Below are positions 57,498 to 64,000 of a stretch of DNA of 64,000 bases, piece by piece. Positions within the stretch are counted from its first letter, which is position 1, and the number at the start of each line of letters is the position of its first letter. This DNA comes from Candidatus Hydrogenedentota bacterium. Its GTDB lineage: Bacteria; Hydrogenedentota; Hydrogenedentia; Hydrogenedentales; JAEUWI01. The stretch lies in contig JAXMOL010000031.1 in assembly GCA_034669905.1 (NCBI GenBank), forward strand, positions 25,111 to 89,110, read 5' to 3'. The notes below the pieces were generated by a model that searched no databases, was not told the DNA's origin, and saw only the letters and a list, made by a program, of their open reading frames with translations. The position numbers were made by a program, and so were the translations under genes.

Positions 57498-57690
57498 CCC
57501 GGCCACTCACGGGACGGTATCGCGCCCGAACCCCCAGCACATCCCACAGCAACGCCGAGTCAAATCGCACACCCACCATCACCCGCGCCACCACAACGCG
57601 CGTTCCTGTCCCGGTGGCAGTAGCCTGGCTGACTCCATCCCCCAAAATATAACCGGTATGGAAGCCCCATCCCTCCCCTGAGTCCACCGC
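57498..57690. repeat. Bipartite direct repeat, copy 1
   Basis: GGGACGGTATCGCG (57511-57524) and the 28-bp AATATAACCGGTATGGAAGCCCCATCCC (57646-57673) recur at 58988-59001 and 59048-59075. Confidence 0.8.
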
Positions 57691-57741
57691 CCCCACCCGC
57701 CGGTGAGAACGGCACCCACCCACCATGGTTACCGCCACGTG

Positions 57742-58920
57742 TCATTCCTCGGTATTTCTGAATACTACGTTAGAAACCCCACCATCGACCTCCCCCACCC
57801 GTAGCGCTGGTGACACGGTCCCCGCGGATATATCTACGATGCTGACGTGACTCGGCCCACGAACACCATTGTCAAAGACCATTGCCGCGAAGCGCCCGTC
57901 CGGTGACATGTGCCCTGCCTGAAACCTTGGACTCCTGCCGCCATAGGTCCGAGCCCCGACCAACTTCTTGAACGCTTTTCCGGTATCATCATAAGCGACT
58001 TCAACCTCGCTTTCCGTCAGCAATTCAGTGAACACGACGGAAATCTTCTTGCCCAACGTTCCAGCCGCGTCGTACACGTGAATTGTCTCCGTACCGGGGT
58101 CAAAGGAGCACACTGGACTGTCCCGCTCACAGCCCGGCAGAAACATACCGCCCAATTCCCGGCGCACCTGGTCACCCGCTGTCAATTTTGTCAGGTCCGT
58201 AGATATCGGGACACCTTCTTCGTTACGATTCGTTCCTACAGCGAGCAGACTGCCGCCCTGCAAGTACAGACGCTCTGGTGCACCCGAAGAAACTTCAGCA
58301 AACGTGGTATCTTCCTCTGAAACCGTCCCAAAGCGCAAAGCTCCGCCCGTAGGCATGGGGTACCGCACGATCGAACTCCCCCTCGCCACACGCAAAGCGG
58401 ACTCATCCGGGGTAAAAGCCACGGCATAGACTGACCCGAGTTGACCTCGGTAAGGCAATTCCCCTACCACTTCAAGTGAATCTGAATTCAATACGAAGCC
58501 CGCTGTATTTTCCCCTCCCACCGAAAACACATACAAGCGTCGTCCTGTGGGAGAAAAGAAGGCCGGTGCTGCGAAATACGCTACGTCCCGCCCCGGAACC
58601 CGTCGTCTCTCCAACGTTTTCGTTTCCAGGTTGAAGCTCACTATCTGAGGCCCTATGAAGAGATAGCACACCGGCTTGTCGGGCCGCATCGCTATCATCG
58701 CTGTTTCGTAGGGACCGACCGCTCTCGAAAACTGCACACACGGCACCAAAGCAACATCGTCAGCCCCCGTAAAGGATATCTTGTAGAGCGTATGCACCCC
58801 GTCCGCGTCGGATCCAATATACGCCTCCATCGCGATGCTCAGTTGGCTGACAAAAAGCCCACAACAGAGCGCCAGCCTCACAATCATTACTTTTCTAATT
58901 CGCGCAGGCCCTTGTGGCAT
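57742..58920 (-). CDS. Hypothetical exported beta-propeller (YncE-like) protein
   Basis: SPTGRRLYV, FTPDESALRV, MSPDGRFA propeller-like turns; AGAAAGGGA RBS; lower GC than its flanks. Confidence 0.65.
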   Translation of the reverse strand: MPQGPARIRKVMIVRLALCCGLFVSQLSIAMEAYIGSDADGVHTLYKISFTGADDVALVPCVQFSRAVGPYETAMIAMRPDKPVCYLFIGPQIVSFNLETKTLERRRVPGRDVAYFAAPAFFSPTGRRLYVFSVGGENTAGFVLNSDSLEVVGELPYRGQLGSVYAVAFTPDESALRVARGSSIVRYPMPTGGALRFGTVSEEDTTFAEVSSGAPERLYLQGGSLLAVGTNRNEEGVPISTDLTKLTAGDQVRRELGGMFLPGCERDSPVCSFDPGTETIHVYDAAGTLGKKISVVFTELLTESEVEVAYDDTGKAFKKLVGARTYGGRSPRFQAGHMSPDGRFAAMVFDNGVRGPSHVSIVDISAGTVSPALRVGEVDGGVSNVVFRNTEE

Positions 58921-58971
58921 GACTTGTCCCTTTCTCGTTATTACCGACCTTCCGTGCCCCTTATCTGAGGA

Positions 58972-59092
58972 CCCGGCCCACACTAGTGGGACGGTATCGC
59001 GTCCATACACCCTACGTAATCCAAGTCCGCGTCCCGCCAGCCCCCACAATATAACCGGTATGGAAGCCCCATCCCCTCCTCAGAGCCCACCG
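58972..59092. repeat. Bipartite direct repeat, copy 2
   Basis: Same two blocks as 57498-57690 with a shorter spacer. Confidence 0.8.
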
Positions 59093-59219
59093 GGTCATGC
59101 TGCCGCGTTACCGCGATCTATGATACGGATGGTCGTATGGGATTGCCACTGGCGAACACTCCACCCAATCAACACCCAGCGGAAGAACGTCGCTTTCGCA
59201 CGAGTTGCCGCCCCCACCA

Positions 59220-60920
59220 TCACCCACCCAAACCCTGCGCGGTCTGCACCAAATCATAAAACTCGGCACGGTAACCCTGGCGGTCTTTATGCAGCCCCGG
59301 GCCTGCCCACGCCCGCACCCCGTCCCACGTCGTGCCGCCACGATGTGGGGATTGACGCAGGAGCATGCCATAGCCCGCGACGGCGCTCACAAAACGAAAG
59401 TCCGGCGTGCTCTCGACGAAGGGCCGCACGGGTCCTTCATAGGGAAACGAGAGGCGGGTACTCGTGTCGCTCTCCGGCTGCTTGTAGCGTAACTTCACGA
59501 AAAAGAGTTCGTCGGCGAAGTCGCTTTGGGGCGGCTCGATGGTGATACCTTCCGGTTGATAGCGCAGGGTATCCACCTCATGGACGCCCACGGGGACCAG
59601 CTCATAGAGGGCGGTCACGGTGTGCCCTGCACCAATTTCCCCGGCATCGATGCGGTCGTTGTTGAAATCTTCCGGGGCCAGGCGCCGGTTTTCATAGCCC
59701 ACCAGGCGGTAGGAGGCAATCTTCGCAGGATTAAACTCCACCTGAATCTTTACATCCTTCGCGATGGTCTGGAGTGTGCCTGAGAGTTGTTCCACCAACA
59801 CCTTGCGGCCCTCCCGCAGACTGTCGATATAGGCATAGGCCCCATTGCCCTTGTCGGCCAGCATCTCCAGGGTGCTGTCGTTGAGATTGCCCCGGCCAAA
59901 TCCCATGACCGTGAGGAAGACCCCGGCGTCTCGCTTGCTTTCGATCAGGTTAAGCAAGTCGCCCTGATCGGTGACGCCCACGTTAAAGTCCCCATCGGTC
60001 GCCAGCAAGACCCGGTTGATGCCCCCTTCGATGAAGCCTTCCTGGGCAAGTTGATAGGCCCGTTGAATGCCCGCGCCCCCATTGGTCGAGCCCCCACTCC
60101 GCAGTTGATCCAGGGCCGCCCGAATCCGCACCTTCCGGTCGCCCCGGGTCGTAGACAAAGCCACTCCGGTCGCCCCGGCATAGACCACCATGGCGATACG
60201 GTCCTTCGGGCCCAGCTGTTCCGCCAGCAGCCGCAGGGATTGCTGCACGAGGGGCAACTTATCCGGGGCATTCATAGAGCCCGATACGTCAATCAGAAAA
60301 ACGAGGTTGGCGGGGGGACGGTCCCCCAGGCGCACCTCTTTGCCCTTGATGCCAATGCGCGCGAGGTAGTGCTCCGTTTTCCAGGGACAGGTGGCCACTT
60401 CCAGGTGGGTGGCAAAGGGGGTGTCATCCGTCGGTCCGGGATAGTCATAGTTGAAGTAATTAATCAACTCCTCCACCCGCACGGCATCCTGGGGTGGCCG
60501 CTGTCCATCCCGCAGAAAGCGGCGCACGTTGGCGTAAGACGCCGTATCCACGTCGATGGAAAAGGTGGAGAGGGGCGCTTCGGTGACCGCGTTGAAGCCA
60601 TTCTCCACAATGGCAGAGTAACGCTCGCGGTTTTCGGCAGGCACCACGACGCGCACCCGACTGGGTGTAGGCATAGGCGCAGGTGCCGGGGAAACAACCA
60701 TCGGCATGGGCGGCGCCTCGGGCACGGCGCGATCCGCAGCGGGCGCGGGATTCGGACTTGATTCGCAGCCGACTATCATCACCGGCGAAGACCTGGACGG
60801 CTCCTCCCGTGCCAACGGCTTCTGCCGACTCGTATTGCAGCCCCATAGGGCGGTGCTCAGCAAGAGGAGAGTGGCGCAACAGCGCCCATACGAATAGACA
60901 CACGGGTGGCGTTTGGACAT
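59220..60920 (-). CDS. YfbK-family vWA lipoprotein (vWF_A N-term + VWA + DUF3520)
   Basis: Lipobox LWGC, PLSTFSIDVDTASYANVRRFL, LIDVSGSM, LATDGDFNVG, IAKDVKIQVEFNP, DAGEIGAGHTVTALYE. Confidence 0.92.
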   Translation of the reverse strand: MSKRHPCVYSYGRCCATLLLLSTALWGCNTSRQKPLAREEPSRSSPVMIVGCESSPNPAPAADRAVPEAPPMPMVVSPAPAPMPTPSRVRVVVPAENRERYSAIVENGFNAVTEAPLSTFSIDVDTASYANVRRFLRDGQRPPQDAVRVEELINYFNYDYPGPTDDTPFATHLEVATCPWKTEHYLARIGIKGKEVRLGDRPPANLVFLIDVSGSMNAPDKLPLVQQSLRLLAEQLGPKDRIAMVVYAGATGVALSTTRGDRKVRIRAALDQLRSGGSTNGGAGIQRAYQLAQEGFIEGGINRVLLATDGDFNVGVTDQGDLLNLIESKRDAGVFLTVMGFGRGNLNDSTLEMLADKGNGAYAYIDSLREGRKVLVEQLSGTLQTIAKDVKIQVEFNPAKIASYRLVGYENRRLAPEDFNNDRIDAGEIGAGHTVTALYELVPVGVHEVDTLRYQPEGITIEPPQSDFADELFFVKLRYKQPESDTSTRLSFPYEGPVRPFVESTPDFRFVSAVAGYGMLLRQSPHRGGTTWDGVRAWAGPGLHKDRQGYRAEFYDLVQTAQGLGG

Positions 60921-61214
60921 AAGATTACCCCAGTTTGGTTGAAGATTCGAAGCCTGCGAAAAGACCAGCACACGCCCGAATCCGCCAACTCCACACGACG
61001 CCGGGCGCCTCTGTTTAGTGTATGCAAGCGCAGGTAGAAAAGTTCCATCCGGGTCGTGGGCAGTGAATATTTCCTGCCGCCGAATGGTATATAGACCGGG
61101 CGTTCTTCGGGCATTCGCCTGTTGGGTTCCGGTTAGGGAATGACTGCCGGACATGCTACACTAGACGCGCAACTTTGGACGGGCCCAAGGGCCCTCGCAG
61201 GAGGATTAGAGCAT

Positions 61215-62048
61215 ATGTTACGGGCATTCGGACGTTGGATGAAATCAATCGGCTACTTCTTCTCGGGCAATATGGACGCCTCCCGACGCAATCTCGACAG
61301 CAACCCCCATGTCATGGCCGCGCGCTATGATGATATCGTGCGCGATAAGACCCGTCGCTTCCATGAATACAAGCAGGCGGTTGCCGGCCTCATCGCCCAG
61401 CAGGAACTGAAAATCCAGAAGGCAAAGACCCTCACCGAGGAAGTCCGTCGTCTCGAGTCCCTCAAGGCGGGTGCCCTGGCCAAAGCCAAGAAAAAAGTCG
61501 AAGAACTCAAGGGACAGAACGTCCCCCAGGACCAGATTCGCAATAACGACGAGTACATGAAATGTCTCTCGGCTTACAACGATTTCACCTCCACCCTCAC
61601 CGAGAAGACCGAGCACCTCGACGAGTTGGATGGCGACATCACGGAATACGGCGACCGCATCGAAGAGCACAAGGTGCAGATGCGCGGCCTCATGCGGGAG
61701 ATTGACAAGCTCCGCGAAGAATCCAAAGAAGCCGTGGCCGATGTTATCTCCGCCAAAGAAGAGAAAGAAATTGCGGACGCCTTGGCGGGGCTCTCCCAGG
61801 ATGGCAGCGACTCCGAACTTCAGGAACTCCGCAAGATGCGCACCGAGATGAAGGCCGAAGCCCGCATCTCCAAGGAACTCTCGGGCACCAACACCAAGGT
61901 GCAGGAGGAAGAATTCCTCGCCTATGCCCGCCAATCAGAACACAGCGACGAGTTCGACGCCCTCATCGGTCTGGCCGAGTCCGCCGAAAGCAGCGCACCG
62001 GTCGCCGAAAACCAAGAAGCCGAGCGGCTCCCCGGTCTGCCGGAGTAG
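61215..62048 (+). CDS. PspA/IM30 (ESCRT-III superfamily)-like coiled-coil protein
   Basis: N-terminal amphipathic helix MLRAFGRWMKSIGYFFSG, NP turn, long heptad helices (KQAVAGLIAQ...), A-A-ARI..EL segment, acidic C-terminal helix EFDALIGL; GGAGG RBS. Family is inferred from the architecture. Confidence 0.65.
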   Translation: MLRAFGRWMKSIGYFFSGNMDASRRNLDSNPHVMAARYDDIVRDKTRRFHEYKQAVAGLIAQQELKIQKAKTLTEEVRRLESLKAGALAKAKKKVEELKGQNVPQDQIRNNDEYMKCLSAYNDFTSTLTEKTEHLDELDGDITEYGDRIEEHKVQMRGLMREIDKLREESKEAVADVISAKEEKEIADALAGLSQDGSDSELQELRKMRTEMKAEARISKELSGTNTKVQEEEFLAYARQSEHSDEFDALIGLAESAESSAPVAENQEAERLPGLPE

Positions 62049-62063
62049 GCCCCGGCCGTGACT

Positions 62064-63878
62064 ATGGACGCACCGTCGTACGAATTCCTGCGCCACGCGG
62101 GACGGCTCCTCAATTCGGGCCAGTCCCGCTCGATTACCCTCACCGGTAATATCGACGACTTATTTCACGGCGGCGAACGCAACGATACCTATATGCCCCT
62201 GGTGGATTTCCTCTTGGGGCATTGGTCTATCCCCCATCATATCGTGCTGGTCTATGAACTGAACGGGCCCTTGCGCTTCCTCCACGAAGCCGACCGAGAT
62301 AAACTCCGGACCGCCTGGCAGACCTGGCGCACGGGGGTCGACCCCGATGACCGTGCCATCAAGCGCATGCTTTCGCCCAAGGCCCTCGACGCGCAGGAGG
62401 CCCTCTACCACCGCGACTTTGATCACCAACTGCAGCAATCCATTGGCCAACCCACGGTGGCACTGGAGTTTTTGCGCCAGTTGTGCCTCTGTTCCCGCAG
62501 CACACTGAATGGCGCCCCCATACTGAAAGAAAACCTGATTATCCTCGTCGAGGCGGCCGATCTTATCGTGCCCCCCGGCGAAGTGACCCAACTCTCCGAT
62601 CGGGACCGCCACCGCCTCAACATCTGTTACGATTGGTTTTCCGATCCCGGCTTTGTAAATGGCAACGATTCGGTCGTCCTCATCGCCGAATCGCGCAGCC
62701 AGCTGAATCCCCGCATTGCCCGCCTCCCCCACTTGCTCGACGTACCCGTGTCTGCGCCCGACGAAGCACGACGGTTTCACTTTATCCAGTGGTACCGTGC
62801 CCAGCTCAACGCGGAACAGGCCCTCGCCGTATGGGATACGGACGAACGCCTGGCCCAGGCCACCGCTGGCCTGAGCATTCACGCCCTCATGCAGTTGCTC
62901 AAGGGTGCCGTCCATCAGCAGCGCCCCCTCACCCAGTCCATGGTGCTGGAGAAGGTGGCGGAGCACATCGCCAGCCAACTCGGCGAAGACATGGTGGAAT
63001 TCAAGCGCCCCGAGCACACCCTGGACGACGTGGTGGGCTTCACCCACCTGAAAGAATTTCTCCGCACCGAATTCATGCCCCGCGTGGCCGCCGAAGGGGA
63101 TGATGCCCTGCCCGGTGCTGCCGTGGGTGGAGCCATCGGCAGCGGCAAGACCTTTGTCTTCGAAGCCGTCGCCGCCGAACTCGACATGGTGGTCCTCGTG
63201 CTGAAGAATATCCGCAGCCAATGGTATGGCCAGACCGATGTCCTCTTCGAGCGACTCCGCCGTGTTCTGGAGGCCCTCTCCAAGGTGCTCATCTTCGTCG
63301 ATGAAGCGGACACCCAGTTTGGCGGTGTCGGTGCCGATGAACACGCCACCGAGCGACGGCTTACGGGCAAAATTCAGGCCATGATGTCCGACACCCGCCT
63401 CCGCGGACAGGTCACGTGGCTCCTCATGACGGCCCGTATCCACCTCCTCTCTCCCGACATCCGAAGACCAGGACGCGTCGGCGATCTCATCATCCCCGTA
63501 CTCGATCCCGAAGGGGAAGACCGCGAGGCTTTCGTGCGCTGGATGGTCGCCCCCGTACTCGGCGACGACGTCTCCGAAGAGAACCTCACCGCCCTCATGA
63601 CCGCCACCGAAGGATTCTCCGCCGCCAACTTCGCCTCGCTCCGAAGCGAACTCAAGGCCAAACACCGCCTCTCCGGCCCCTTGGATCACGCCCAGGTAAC
63701 GGCGGTCATGCATGATCACCTCCCCCCACCCATCCAGGATACCCGCCGCTACCAGACCCTCCAGGCCCTGGTGAACTGCACCCGACGGAGCCTCCTCCCC
63801 GATCCCAACGCCACCGAAGAGGAACGGGCCGCCTGGACCCAGGAAATCCGCGCCCTCGAAGCCCGCGGCATCCGCTGA
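62064..63878 (+). CDS. Classical-clade AAA+ ATPase with a degenerate N-terminal AAA domain
   Basis: Walker A GAIGSGKT, pore loop SQWYGQT, Walker B IFVDEAD, SRH DIRRPGR; N-terminal LTGNIDD and ILVEAAD relics. Alternative GTG start at 62058. Confidence 0.88.
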   Translation: MDAPSYEFLRHAGRLLNSGQSRSITLTGNIDDLFHGGERNDTYMPLVDFLLGHWSIPHHIVLVYELNGPLRFLHEADRDKLRTAWQTWRTGVDPDDRAIKRMLSPKALDAQEALYHRDFDHQLQQSIGQPTVALEFLRQLCLCSRSTLNGAPILKENLIILVEAADLIVPPGEVTQLSDRDRHRLNICYDWFSDPGFVNGNDSVVLIAESRSQLNPRIARLPHLLDVPVSAPDEARRFHFIQWYRAQLNAEQALAVWDTDERLAQATAGLSIHALMQLLKGAVHQQRPLTQSMVLEKVAEHIASQLGEDMVEFKRPEHTLDDVVGFTHLKEFLRTEFMPRVAAEGDDALPGAAVGGAIGSGKTFVFEAVAAELDMVVLVLKNIRSQWYGQTDVLFERLRRVLEALSKVLIFVDEADTQFGGVGADEHATERRLTGKIQAMMSDTRLRGQVTWLLMTARIHLLSPDIRRPGRVGDLIIPVLDPEGEDREAFVRWMVAPVLGDDVSEENLTALMTATEGFSAANFASLRSELKAKHRLSGPLDHAQVTAVMHDHLPPPIQDTRRYQTLQALVNCTRRSLLPDPNATEEERAAWTQEIRALEARGIR

Positions 63879-64000
63879 TAGCGTCCCCCTCTCCTTCACC
63901 CTTGCCGCGCGACAACCACCGGGGACTGCACCGACGCCATCATACCCATCCAACCACACCACCCGTGGGCGAAAAAAGTCCACACCCTATTACCCACACG

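Noticed and set aside
38359..61214. Long N-terminal extensions in the ORF track (starts at 38359, 40381, 49902, 50713, 59049, 61154, 61140)
   Set aside because: Downstream ATGs have better RBS, signal-peptide position or translational coupling; the extensions overlap promoters or neighbouring genes.

Overview
GC-rich bacterial chromosomal window. The DUF1559/H-X9-DG prepilin-like gene and the general gene repertoire suggest Candidatus Hydrogenedentota or a PVC-like lineage (inference). Most genes encode secreted carbohydrate-active or hydrolytic proteins (SGNH esterase, duplicated DUF1080, LamG-GH, GH13, a PL11-like/PL10 fusion, nucleoside-hydrolase-like proteins, PmoA-like). There are also housekeeping genes (GDH, CinA, GlpQ, PpnP, RlpA-like), tRNA-Leu(TAA) and a 7-gene MoxR/DUF58/vWA/DUF4159 operon. 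Accessory material includes a solo low-GC AIPR defence gene and a low-GC island just downstream of tRNA-Leu (about 27.1-30.8 kb). That island is an array of Rhs toxin/immunity cassettes separated by miniature, internally deleted RAYT (REP-associated tyrosine transposase) elements and their terminal repeats. The most interesting candidates are (1) this RAYT-end-delimited toxin/immunity cassette array, (2) a PspA/ESCRT-III-like coiled-coil gene coupled to a classical-clade AAA+ ATPase at the right end, and (3) an unnamed long-hairpin repeat or ncRNA family with three copies. Family assignments come from motif recognition by eye; no database searches were run.
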